64,000 nt of DNA from a virus, in IMG/VR virus record IMGVR_UViG_3300009008_000003. One strand, 5' to 3'. A model generated the notes under the pieces. The model saw only the letters and a program-made list of their open reading frames with translations. It had not been told where the DNA came from and searched no databases. A program made the translations under genes and the position numbers. Below, piece after piece: positions 37,383-46,644 of the stretch (the first letter of the stretch is position 1; every line of letters starts with the position of its first letter).

Positions 37383-39017
37383 ATGTCTTATACAAAACCA
37401 GGTGTTGAAATTACCCAGGTTCAAAAAACTGTCTCTCCAAATCTGCAGGCACCTGCTTTACCTGTAGGGTTGATTGGTCCCGGTTATTATATAAGCCATG
37501 TCGTTGAAAATCCTGAATCTGCATTTATGCATAATGGTATAACTGTGGCTGGTACGGGTAGGCATACTATTGATTTAGAGGCTATCCGAACAAGTGGTTT
37601 AACTGATATGCCATCTGGATTAACAGCGCCAGATGCAATTTATGCTGGAGTATACGTAACCAATGCCGCTGCTGGCAGTTCTTACGCACAAACTATGATA
37701 CCGGTTATTTCTGGAACAACTTGCGATACTTTTGAGTATGATTCTGACGAAGAGCATTTTGTGATTTCCGGATTAGCGGGGGTTACTTCTGGTTTAGTTT
37801 ATATAGGATTCCGTTCTTTGCGTAACGACCAGGCAGGAGATGTAATAGAGTTTGATAGTGCTGATAAGATTGAATATAAATTAGGAGCTATATCAGTATT
37901 TAACCCATTGGCAAAAGCTGCTTATTTAGCTATGCAAGCTGCCGGTTCTTCGGTGTATGGCTTTGCTATTAGTGGACTTACAGCGGGTTATTGGACAGGA
38001 GGAGTTGGCGTAGGTAGTGGAAAATATGAAAATGTGGAAGCGTATAGTATGGTGCCCCTTACCCAGGCGGCTACCCAAACTACTGAAGTAGAATCTCATT
38101 GCACAAGCATGTCAACTGCCGCGAATAAAAAAGAACGTATTATGATTTATAGTCATGAGCTAACAGATACTGGTACAGCTAGTACGTGGGCTACGGCTAT
38201 AGCTTCTTATGCAGGCTCAGTCATGAATAAACGTTCTATTCACGTATGGCCTACTGTCATGTACATACGAGAGAGATTATTTAGTGCTCAATACAAGCCT
38301 TCTTATATTTCTTCGTACATGCAGCCGGTTCCTGAAACTACTCCTAGCACAACAATGCAGTATACTAACGCGCTGTTAACCGGTAATTTAACCCTAGCAG
38401 ATGGCACAAAGTATTATAAGGGTGAAGCAATTACAGCTGCTAATTGGAGCGGCCTATTCGCTGAATACCCATTCTTAACAGTAGATGTACCAGTACCTGG
38501 TTGGTATGGGGCAGCTATTGTAGCAGGCCAAATTGCTGGAGAGAACCCGGAGCAAAGTTTAACTAACTTACCCGTTCTCGGCATTAGCAAGCTAAAATAC
38601 GTTGCTGACCATTTCTCAGAATCACAATTGAACACAATTGCTGGCGGCGGTAATTACTTGTTCTGGCAAGCTAATGAGTACACTAGAGTAGTGTGTAGAC
38701 ATCAACTTTCTACAAATACAATGAGTACTGAAACAAAAGAACTTAGCATAACTAAGACAATTGATTATGTATCTAAGTTTGTTAGAACCTCATTGTTACC
38801 GTTCGTGGGAAGATGGAACATAAACGATAATTTAATTTCAATAGTATTCTCTCATATGAACGCAATCGGAGAATATTTAAAGAATAACGGAACAGTAGAC
38901 GACTTTGTGGTTGAGAAGGTAGAACAGGACGCTAATCAAAAAGACGTTCTAAGAGTTACCATAAACGTAAAACCACTTTATCCTGCTAATTACATCCGTG
39001 TAACTTTAACATTTTAA
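37383..39017 (+). CDS. Contractile tail sheath protein
   Basis: 544 aa; C-terminal RHQLST...ELSITKTIDYV...FVGRWNI...VTINVKPLYPANYIRVTLTF sheath pattern. Confidence 0.8.
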   Translation: MSYTKPGVEITQVQKTVSPNLQAPALPVGLIGPGYYISHVVENPESAFMHNGITVAGTGRHTIDLEAIRTSGLTDMPSGLTAPDAIYAGVYVTNAAAGSSYAQTMIPVISGTTCDTFEYDSDEEHFVISGLAGVTSGLVYIGFRSLRNDQAGDVIEFDSADKIEYKLGAISVFNPLAKAAYLAMQAAGSSVYGFAISGLTAGYWTGGVGVGSGKYENVEAYSMVPLTQAATQTTEVESHCTSMSTAANKKERIMIYSHELTDTGTASTWATAIASYAGSVMNKRSIHVWPTVMYIRERLFSAQYKPSYISSYMQPVPETTPSTTMQYTNALLTGNLTLADGTKYYKGEAITAANWSGLFAEYPFLTVDVPVPGWYGAAIVAGQIAGENPEQSLTNLPVLGISKLKYVADHFSESQLNTIAGGGNYLFWQANEYTRVVCRHQLSTNTMSTETKELSITKTIDYVSKFVRTSLLPFVGRWNINDNLISIVFSHMNAIGEYLKNNGTVDDFVVEKVEQDANQKDVLRVTINVKPLYPANYIRVTLTF

Positions 39018-39034
39018 ATAAAGGAGTAATATAA

Positions 39035-39664
39035 ATGCCATTAGATAATGATTATCCAGCAGTAAGTGATTGGACGCAGACATTTACTTCTAGACATGTG
39101 GATTCGGATGTAGAGGACGGGGAATTTATTTCCGGTGAATCTATCGTTGTTGCTGCTTTACAAGATGACGGTAATCCACAAAGTCCGGCTGAATATATTG
39201 CTATTGGTTTGTTAGAAACTGGACAACTTAGACAGGATAAACAGATTCAACAACTTTTCGAGTTGGGGTCTGCCTTGCCTTATTTCGTACCAGGTCATAC
39301 TATGATTTCTATGTCATTAAACAGAGTTATGTTTAATGGTGAATCTCTATTAAGAGTTTTATATGGTGATCGTAGCGCTACTGGCATAAACCCAGCTCCC
39401 GGAGCTCAGTTAAGTCTGCACGACGATAGGCAAGTTGGGTTTTATGTGAATTTAGCTTCTACGTTCTTTAATTCACCTACTACTCTTGGTTTTTTCATGT
39501 GTGATAACAATAATAACTTCGTTGGAGGCTTTGGTCTCGAAGGCTGTTATGTACAAAGCCATGTTTTAGCATTCAGTAGCAGGCAAGTTGTCATTGCAGA
39601 AAACGTTGCTATTAGGGCAACTAAGTTGATTGGATTCAGCACTGCGGTGCCTTCGGGTACTTAA
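39035..39664 (+). CDS. Tail tube protein (putative)
   Basis: Follows the sheath; QQLFELGS...ISMSLNRVMF...LEGCYVQSHVLAF tube-like pattern. Confidence 0.65.
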   Translation: MPLDNDYPAVSDWTQTFTSRHVDSDVEDGEFISGESIVVAALQDDGNPQSPAEYIAIGLLETGQLRQDKQIQQLFELGSALPYFVPGHTMISMSLNRVMFNGESLLRVLYGDRSATGINPAPGAQLSLHDDRQVGFYVNLASTFFNSPTTLGFFMCDNNNNFVGGFGLEGCYVQSHVLAFSSRQVVIAENVAIRATKLIGFSTAVPSGT

Positions 39665-39674
39665 GATAAAAAAG

Positions 39675-39702
39675 AAAGGCGGGTTAATCCCCGCCTTTTT
39701 TT
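39675..39702. terminator. Bidirectional terminator between the convergent late and early arms
   Basis: AAAGGCGGG-TTAATC-CCCGCCTTT with an A tract before and a T tract after. Confidence 0.85.
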
Positions 39703-40531
39703 ATTTTTTATCTTTTATTTCTGGGTCGTATCTAGCATACAAATCCATAAATTCATCACAATCCCAGCAACGATCACCCCCTATCGCTGTTATAGAATCT
39801 CGCATGATACCCTCTTCTTCGTTGTATCTCTTCTTGCCCTTTGTTGTTGAAAAACCATAGATCTTTATACCTATTTCTGACATTTTGTTGCGCGTTTCTT
39901 TAGTAGATTTAAAGAACGACCCGCGAAATGTTGCGTACTTTGTTATGAATTCTTTTTCTTGTAAGAATCCACCTATACTTATAGCTACTATTTTATAAGT
40001 ATCATTGTTATCTTTTACATCTTTTAAGCTATGATACGCATACTGTGGCCACCGATTTTTGGGGTTAGTTGTGCAACCACATTTTATAGGTGCACCATTT
40101 GCTCGGTCTTGTATCCAATATACGATCTCATCCCACAGCCGTTTATCCATACCAGTTAATAGACAATACTCGTTTAACATATTATTAACTTTAGCCCATA
40201 CTCCGCCAGCTATAAGGTATTGGAATAGGTTTGTGTAGCTTTTAAAGCTGAAATCCGTCATGTCAGGTACCGGCCCGTGATTGCTCTTCCTACAGCCTCT
40301 TAGATATTCTATACACGCGCTTACGTATGTGATGGTAATTGGAGCTCCATTTATTCTTCCATGAGTCTCCGGGCTCTCTGCTGCCCTATTAAGAATTGTT
40401 TTCATGGACTCGCCTTTATTCTTGCGAGAACCAACACTTATTCTTCTATAGTCGCCTTTTTTACGAGTTTCAACTTTTGTAAATGTTACAAAGTCTCTCA
40501 TCTTCTCGATTTGTTTTTGAAGATTGAACAT
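39701..40531 (-). CDS. Hypothetical protein with Cys pairs (ORF track start 40576; ATG 40531 more likely)
   Basis: ORF; KCGC and CWDC; no family recognised. Confidence 0.55.
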   Translation of the reverse strand: MFNLQKQIEKMRDFVTFTKVETRKKGDYRRISVGSRKNKGESMKTILNRAAESPETHGRINGAPITITYVSACIEYLRGCRKSNHGPVPDMTDFSFKSYTNLFQYLIAGGVWAKVNNMLNEYCLLTGMDKRLWDEIVYWIQDRANGAPIKCGCTTNPKNRWPQYAYHSLKDVKDNNDTYKIVAISIGGFLQEKEFITKYATFRGSFFKSTKETRNKMSEIGIKIYGFSTTKGKKRYNEEEGIMRDSITAIGGDRCWDCDEFMDLYARYDPEIKDKK

Positions 40532-40563
40532 GATAATTTTCTTTCTTATAATTGTTTTTAAAC

Positions 40564-42393
40564 TCAATGAATCCAACAGTCTCCAACATTTGATTCCGCA
40601 ACCATTGGGACTGTTTTGATTAATTCGTACGCTGCTTGTACCATCTCATTTTCTATGAGGGCGCAAACTTCGTCTACTTGCGATGCATGTACTTCAACTA
40701 AAATTTCATCGTGAACTACATTTATAATTTTTGCATCAAAATCATTCTCTTCTAGTTTACTCTTTACCCTATACAATGCTATTTTTGTTATCGTTGCATT
40801 GCCCCCTTGGAATGGTAGGTTCTTTGCTTCATTTGAAGCATGTGCTTTTTCTGATGGTACTCCCCAGTCAGTGTGTGTTAAGTAACGTCTTCTTCCATCT
40901 AACGGGCTATAGGCGTACCCATTTTTCTCAGCATCTTTTACTAGTTTGTCTAGTAACTCTTTAATAGCCGGGAATTTTTCCCAGAATTGATTTAACAGTT
41001 TCTGTGCTTTTCTTTGCTCAATATCTAATTCCTTAGCTAGGCGGTGCGCGCCCATACCATAAGCAACCCCGAAATTAATTGACTTGGCTTGTTGCCTAAG
41101 TTCTTTATATTTTTTCTTAATTACATTATTTTCAGTCAATTCTTTATACTCTATCTCGAAAATAACCGAAGCGACATAACTATGCAAGTCATAACCTTTT
41201 TCAAGTGCTTCCATCCAACCTGCTTCTTGTGATAGTTCAGCAATTTCACGAAGTTCGCATCCTGCATAGTCGGCAGCTATTATTTTATAACCATCAGGGG
41301 CAACAAAGGCTGCTCGGTATTCACTTGCTCTTGGTATGTTTTGCATGTTAGGATCGCTGCTGGAATATCTTCCTGTAACGGCTCTTACCTGGTTGAAGTT
41401 GGCATGTACGCGCCCGGTATCGGCTCTTACATGTTTATCGTAGAATACTGTGCCGTATGTACTTATTTTTTTAGCAGCTTTTCTCCAAGCTAATACTCCA
41501 GATACTATTTCGTTACTTGAATATCTTTTTAGTACCTCATCCCCGGTACCGGGTAAGGCATGTCCTACAGCCTTTTCTAAAACCGGTTTTACCTGCAACG
41601 GTGAGCCGTAATTTATCACTTTTTTAAAAGCATCCCCGAAATCCAGCTCTCCTTGTGCTGGTTTATCTACTAACGGCTCTACCAACTTATCTAGCTCTAT
41701 GCGTATTTTTTCTTCTTCTTCCTTAGCTATGGTTTCCAGCGCTTGCCATTTAACTTTATCTAGCTTAATACCATTAAGTTCCATATCACCGGTAACTGCT
41801 ATAGCTTGGCATTCTATTTCAAGTAATCTTAATACTTTCGGATCTCTTAGTTCTCTTGCGAATCCTAACTGTCTTTTAAATAAGGGGATAAGTACTTCTA
41901 CATCGTAAGCGGCATATTCTATTTGTTCATCAGTAAATGTATCACCATAAGACATATCCTGAAAAGATGATCTCTCTTCTTTGGACATTGGTCTATTTTC
42001 AGGTAACCACCTTTCTACTAGATCTGCTAAACCGAAGCCTTTTTGCCTCCTACCCTTATTGAGAATATGTTCAATTATAAAGGTATCTCTCATATGCTTT
42101 AGCTCTACGCCAAAGTTTGTTTTGATCATTTTATAATCAAATTTTATATTCTGTCCTATCCATCTTATTTTTGGGTGGGCTAAGAATTCGCCAAGTTTAA
42201 TATATTCTAAAGCACTAAGCCGAGCAACATCGAATACGTATTGGTGTTCGACGGTGCCGGCTTGTACTAAAAGTATTTTATCTGTTAATGCATCAAGTCC
42301 TGTAGTTTCTGTGTCTAGCCCTAGTGCTGGATATTTATCCAGCCAGTCTAGTGCGGCTTGTAGCTCTTTTCCATTACGTACTTCATATTTCAT
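40564..42393 (-). CDS. polA: Family A DNA polymerase (3'-5' exonuclease plus polymerase, no 5'-3' exonuclease)
   Basis: LDTETTGL (ExoI), GQNIKFD, YAAYDV; TGRYSSSDPNMQNIP, ADYAGCELR (motif A), RQQAKSINFGVAYG (B), VHDEI (C). Confidence 0.95.
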   Translation of the reverse strand: MKYEVRNGKELQAALDWLDKYPALGLDTETTGLDALTDKILLVQAGTVEHQYVFDVARLSALEYIKLGEFLAHPKIRWIGQNIKFDYKMIKTNFGVELKHMRDTFIIEHILNKGRRQKGFGLADLVERWLPENRPMSKEERSSFQDMSYGDTFTDEQIEYAAYDVEVLIPLFKRQLGFARELRDPKVLRLLEIECQAIAVTGDMELNGIKLDKVKWQALETIAKEEEEKIRIELDKLVEPLVDKPAQGELDFGDAFKKVINYGSPLQVKPVLEKAVGHALPGTGDEVLKRYSSNEIVSGVLAWRKAAKKISTYGTVFYDKHVRADTGRVHANFNQVRAVTGRYSSSDPNMQNIPRASEYRAAFVAPDGYKIIAADYAGCELREIAELSQEAGWMEALEKGYDLHSYVASVIFEIEYKELTENNVIKKKYKELRQQAKSINFGVAYGMGAHRLAKELDIEQRKAQKLLNQFWEKFPAIKELLDKLVKDAEKNGYAYSPLDGRRRYLTHTDWGVPSEKAHASNEAKNLPFQGGNATITKIALYRVKSKLEENDFDAKIINVVHDEILVEVHASQVDEVCALIENEMVQAAYELIKTVPMVAESNVGDCWIH

Positions 42394-43201
42394 CTATAAA
42401 TTCTTTTAATTGGTTGTCTTGATCTTCAGCCAGCTTTTCTAGAACGGCTTTCTTTATTTGTCTTACCCGTTCTCTGGTAATTCCGAATAAATTACCTATC
42501 TCTTCTAGAGTAAGGGGGTGTATATCAGCTATACCATAGTATAGTCTTAAAATATCCTTTTCTCTAGGCTCTAACTCGCGTATAACGCGCTCTACCTGGT
42601 TAAGTTTTTCGTCCTGTTGGAGAAAATATTCTGGTCCGGGTTCTTCTGACTGTATAGTATCTTTTAATTCAACACCATCCTGGTTTGGATCATATAAACT
42701 TATAGGAGTTAAACTTCCGTGTAATAATTCAAAGGTATCGACAGATTTGCCAAGCTCATCTTGAATCTCTGTGGCAGTTGGAGTTCTCCCCAAGTTTTTA
42801 GATAGTGCTTCTAGTTTATTTTTATATTTACTTATATCTATATTTTTATTAGCTGGTAACCTAATAAGGCGGCTTTGATCAGCTATAAATTTCAAGATAG
42901 ATTGTCGTATCCACCAAGTGGCATACGTTATTAATCTGAATCCGCGGAAGGGGTCGAAGCGCTCTACGGCTACTATTAGTCCCTCGTTTCCAGCTTGTAT
43001 AAGATCGTCTAGGTCTAGTTTTGGTCCTTCGTATTTCTTCGCTAGTGTAATAACATAGCGTAAATTGCATACGATTAGGCGTTCTTTAGATGGCGGATCC
43101 TGGTCTTCGTTATACTTCAGTGCTAATTCTAATTCCTTTTCAGGGGTTAGTAGCGGGTAACCAGATATTTGACGTAGGTATATTTTTATATTATTATCCA
43201 T
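42383..43201 (-). CDS. Phage-encoded sigma70-family factor (RpoD/RpoS-like, regions 1.2-4)
   Basis: YLRQISGYPLLT, NLRYVITLAKKY, DLIQAGNEGL...FDP, TYATWWIRQSI, TLEEIGNLFGITRERVRQI. Confidence 0.92.
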   Translation of the reverse strand: MDNNIKIYLRQISGYPLLTPEKELELALKYNEDQDPPSKERLIVCNLRYVITLAKKYEGPKLDLDDLIQAGNEGLIVAVERFDPFRGFRLITYATWWIRQSILKFIADQSRLIRLPANKNIDISKYKNKLEALSKNLGRTPTATEIQDELGKSVDTFELLHGSLTPISLYDPNQDGVELKDTIQSEEPGPEYFLQQDEKLNQVERVIRELEPREKDILRLYYGIADIHPLTLEEIGNLFGITRERVRQIKKAVLEKLAEDQDNQLKEFIDEI

Positions 43202-43700
43202 TAGTGATCCCTCTTAATATTTCTGTGAAGGGCACAGGCGTGTTTTTCCATAGGCTTTGATCTACATTTATAACCGTCTTTTTAAGAAGGTACATGTAAT
43301 CATGGCCTACTATTCGCTGTCCTGCATATTTATGGGTCCAATCGCTATCTGCTTCACCAACTACTTCAGGTTTGTTAGAGTCAGTTAAGTTTTCAGCAGA
43401 GGTATTTAAGACACATAGAACTTTTTTATCCGGGTTTTTGCGTTGGGAAAAAGTAAGATCATCATAAAGAAACAAGTTTTTAAATTTAGTTCCTTTTAGG
43501 TCTGAATTTGAACTGTTTGTAATATATACAGTTAGACCATTTAAAACGCTCTGAAAGTATTCAATATTATCTTTTGCAAATTCCCCTATATGTATCACCA
43601 TATCTCCCCTGCCGACAGCTTTGTTCCAGTTTTCTACAAGTCTATCTGAAGATTTCTTATCAGACATTGAAAACTTTGCGTTGCCCACTATAAATATCAT
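43194..43700 (-). CDS. Degenerate calcineurin-like metallophosphoesterase
   Basis: LVENWNKAVGRGDMVIHIGEF...LNG matches the phage phosphoesterase scaffold, but the DxH, GD and GNHD motifs are altered. Confidence 0.55.
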   Translation of the reverse strand: MIFIVGNAKFSMSDKKSSDRLVENWNKAVGRGDMVIHIGEFAKDNIEYFQSVLNGLTVYITNSSNSDLKGTKFKNLFLYDDLTFSQRKNPDKKVLCVLNTSAENLTDSNKPEVVGEADSDWTHKYAGQRIVGHDYMYLLKKTVINVDQSLWKNTPVPFTEILRGITNG

Positions 43701-43996
43701 TAATTAGCTTTTTCCTCAAAGAAAGAGGGATCAGTGTCGTCATCTAATTCTATACCATATTCGTCAATATATTCTTTTGTGAGAGTAAACAGAGCGGGGC
43801 GCAAGATAGCTAATGTTGCTGACAGCGCTTCTTTTTCTGATAGCATTTCGCCTGTTTCTTCATCGGTTACTAATTGTTCATTCACTTCAACTTTAATATT
43901 TCTGTCGGGCGTTAAATATATTTGTATTGCTATCACATCTTCGTCTGTTACATCGCCCTGGTCTGTAAAGTCTTCGTTAATATTTTCTTTTGCCAT
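43700..43996 (-). CDS. Highly acidic hypothetical protein
   Basis: 98-aa ORF; GGAG RBS. Confidence 0.6.
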   Translation of the reverse strand: MAKENINEDFTDQGDVTDEDVIAIQIYLTPDRNIKVEVNEQLVTDEETGEMLSEKEALSATLAILRPALFTLTKEYIDEYGIELDDDTDPSFFEEKAN

Positions 43997-44003
43997 GAGT
44001 CTC

Positions 44004-44714
44004 CTAGTGCTTTATAAATACTACATCTTTAACGGTCTTTCCGCTAAAGCATAACTTACATTTTTCACATGCCCCAGCCATTTCGGCTTTGCCGTTGGTG
44101 GCTGGACATACAAATGATCTCTTGGGCAGGTCTTTATCCTTGTCCCAAGGGCCGTAAGCTAATTTAAGCTTATACTTTGTGGCAAATTTCTTTGCCTCTA
44201 CTATATTATAATCATCTATTGATACAAGTAAACTAAAGTTGGGTAACTTTACTATATTCTTATACCCTAAATTAAACGATCTTGTATAAGCCCAGAATGT
44301 AACATCAGGGCGAGACTTAATAACTTCTATCCAAACGGATATTGAAAATTGACTGTGGAAATCTCCGGATTCGTGTATACGGAATATCTTTGCTTTTTTA
44401 GGTATCATTTTACCCAAAGAATCAGCGCAAGGTTTGATACCTTTTTTACCCAAGGCTTCAAACTGCACCAACAAATTCCAATTCATTAGAAAGAGAGACT
44501 GTACGTTATAGAACACATGTCTTCCTTTCATGGCATAACAACCTTCACAGGCTTTTGTTTCGCCAGGACAGGAATACTGCGCACTCGCGGGAAGCGAGAA
44601 AGCGCATCCTTTAGTCTTAGATATTTTCTCCGGGGAAGATGCTTTAAATTTATCTATAACAGTTCCACATTTAGCTAAACTGTTCATTTTATTAATATAT
44701 GTATTAGTTATCAT
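44004..44714 (-). CDS. GP88-like Cys-rich (Fe-S/radical-SAM-like) phage protein
   Basis: FSLP...CPG...CEGCYA, FRIHESGDF, FWAYTR, CPAT...CEKCKLC. Confidence 0.7.
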   Translation of the reverse strand: MITNTYINKMNSLAKCGTVIDKFKASSPEKISKTKGCAFSLPASAQYSCPGETKACEGCYAMKGRHVFYNVQSLFLMNWNLLVQFEALGKKGIKPCADSLGKMIPKKAKIFRIHESGDFHSQFSISVWIEVIKSRPDVTFWAYTRSFNLGYKNIVKLPNFSLLVSIDDYNIVEAKKFATKYKLKLAYGPWDKDKDLPKRSFVCPATNGKAEMAGACEKCKLCFSGKTVKDVVFIKH

Positions 44715-44763
44715 TGTTGTCCTTGTAGTTAAGTGTATTAAACACTTAAACTTACACTAGGAC

Positions 44764-45243
44764 TTAAACATCGTCTTCGTCTTTGTTTTTCTTATATGTT
44801 GGTTTATTAAGCAAATCGCTTATTCTTGTATTCATTATGCTTTTTTCGAAAGCGTCGTTTGCTTCCCTAACTGCGTCTATTGCCTGGTCACCAAATTCAA
44901 ATGTTCTTGAGGTAGTACCCCCACCGCCATAAATTTCAGGGGGCGAATCAGGCGGATCCCAGGTTTTCATACCAGGATCATGTCCTAATTTTTTAAACAT
45001 CTCTTCTAGTTCGTTATTTGTTATTACCTCGGGGGAAGCTTTTTTAATTATTTCCATTAATTCATTAATTATCTTAGCTTTGTCGTCTACTAAAGGCATC
45101 GTTAATTCTATTCCCTCCCGCGCCCCTGCAAGCTCTAAAACATCCATTAATAATAATTCACAAAGAGCTTTAGCCCAATCTGGGATATCTGGATACTCTG
45201 CCCCTTCTATATAATCTTTTGTATAATCGCCGTATTCATTCAT
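44764..45243 (-). CDS. NEYG-motif family protein 4
   Basis: Begins MNEYGDYTKDYIEG; the ATG overlaps the upstream stop (ATGAATGA). Confidence 0.65.
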   Translation of the reverse strand: MNEYGDYTKDYIEGAEYPDIPDWAKALCELLLMDVLELAGAREGIELTMPLVDDKAKIINELMEIIKKASPEVITNNELEEMFKKLGHDPGMKTWDPPDSPPEIYGGGGTTSRTFEFGDQAIDAVREANDAFEKSIMNTRISDLLNKPTYKKNKDEDDV

Positions 45244-45463
45244 TGTTATCACTTGCTAATCTAGTAGTTACATTTAGGTAGGATACCGGGGCAGGCAATT
45301 TACAAGTCATGGTAATATTTAAGGTGGAGCCAGACATCGTTGCTTCGGAAAAACTAAATTGAGGAGTGCCTGCGCTTATACCAGACATTGTGAAAGCATA
45401 AGCCGGTTCTGGGGCTTCTTTGCCTTCGACAAAGTTTTCTATATAATTTCCATACTCATTCAT
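45236..45463 (-). CDS. NEYG-motif family protein 3
   Basis: Begins MNEYGNYIENFVEG. Confidence 0.6.
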   Translation of the reverse strand: MNEYGNYIENFVEGKEAPEPAYAFTMSGISAGTPQFSFSEATMSGSTLNITMTCKLPAPVSYLNVTTRLASDNNE

Positions 45464-45761
45464 GATTACTTTGCCCAATAACTGGTTTTAAAGCTGGTAA
45501 ACTATCAACCTCTATTACTTGTTGCACAGAAATTTCTTCTTTACCAATTTTTGCGCTAACGGTTACTCGAACGAATCGTCTTTCTTGTGACTCCATACCG
45601 GGCACATCATATTGCTCTATTTTGATATTCTGGCCCATATCTATCTGCTCCAATGCCCAACTCTTCAGGTCTTCTTTCATTCTATTTAATACATAATAAG
45701 CTCTTCCTTCTATGGCCTTTAACTCATTATCAGAAAAAAAATGGCGATTCTCCCTCCACAA
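45456..45761 (-). CDS. Hypothetical protein
   Basis: 101-aa ORF in the operon, start uncertain. Confidence 0.5.
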   Translation of the reverse strand: MWRENRHFFSDNELKAIEGRAYYVLNRMKEDLKSWALEQIDMGQNIKIEQYDVPGMESQERRFVRVTVSAKIGKEEISVQQVIEVDSLPALKPVIGQSNHE

Positions 45762-45798
45762 ACTTTTCTGTGTAGTCTCCGTATTCGTTACTCATGGT

Positions 45799-46200
45799 TT
45801 AGGACTCCGCATCTGTATAGGTTACAGCTGGTCCAGCGTTAGTATTCCAAGTGTATGTTATACTACCATCTATTGCGTTGGAGCTGTAGGATGTCCATAT
45901 TGCCCCAGCTGCAGGTTGAGTGGTAATCATGCCAGAGTAGCCAAATGCAATATCTGTTACCGAGACTGGTGGTACTATTTCATTTAATTTTTTTATTAAT
46001 TCATTTATTTTATCTTTGTTGGGATCATCTTTATCTACCTCAGCTAACGATATTACGAAACCCTCACTGAGTGATAAGCCTACACTAGCTGCCCCCATCA
46101 GTAACAGCTCACTTAATATTTGTTTATCTTCGCTTAACTCAAGGAAATCTTCTCCTTCTATGAAGCGCTCTAAATAATTTCCGTATTCGTTTTCACTCAT
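45799..46200 (-). CDS. NEYG-motif family protein 2
   Basis: Begins MSENEYGNYLERFIEG; shares ELLLM...INEL with 44764-45243. Confidence 0.65.
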   Translation of the reverse strand: MSENEYGNYLERFIEGEDFLELSEDKQILSELLLMGAASVGLSLSEGFVISLAEVDKDDPNKDKINELIKKLNEIVPPVSVTDIAFGYSGMITTQPAAGAIWTSYSSNAIDGSITYTWNTNAGPAVTYTDAES

Positions 46201-46435
46201 CTATTTCCCAAATGTCCATGTTAAATTTTGCTTGAAATTCTTTCTCCATAGCTCCTATGCAACTGTTTGTGTGGATTGTTAGGTCGTTATCATGCGCGTT
46301 TTTTAAGTCCTTGGCAAGCAACTCTCGCATTTTTCTGTAAGTAGTAGTTTCCCCTTTCCAGGTTAGCACCTCACAATTAAAGTTTAGTGGGCTGCCTTCA
46401 GTATATTCATTTATATAATTTCCGTATTCATTCAT
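46193..46435 (-). CDS. NEYG-motif family protein 1
   Basis: Begins MNEYGNYINEYTEG. Confidence 0.65.
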   Translation of the reverse strand: MNEYGNYINEYTEGSPLNFNCEVLTWKGETTTYRKMRELLAKDLKNAHDNDLTIHTNSCIGAMEKEFQAKFNMDIWEIDE

Positions 46436-46644
46436 GTTCTATTACGTTTGAATACTTTAAATAGGCTTCCAAAAGCTTGTTCGTTACCCATAAAGCAAAA
46501 TGACCATCTAGTATTTTCCAGCTCTGTTACCTCTTGTCTAAAATCCTTCTGACCAATACCTTCGGTTGATACCATTGCGTATTCAACGCCTTTGTTTAAT
46601 TCTCTGATCTTTTTATTTATATAAAATTCTACTAATTCACTCAT
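46432..46644 (-). CDS. Small DUF4177-like protein
   Basis: GVEYAMV...ELENTRWSF...FKR resembles the EY...L...GWE...FKR pattern. Confidence 0.4.
   Translation of the reverse strand: MSELVEFYINKKIRELNKGVEYAMVSTEGIGQKDFRQEVTELENTRWSFCFMGNEQAFGSLFKVFKRNRT

Noticed and set aside
43734-44054. 106-aa plus-strand ORF and the other short antisense ORFs in the track (e.g. 800-1027, 12450-12740, 35728-36090, 47223-47480, 60688-61065)
   Set aside because: All are nested opposite longer, coupled, motif-bearing genes and lack RBSs.
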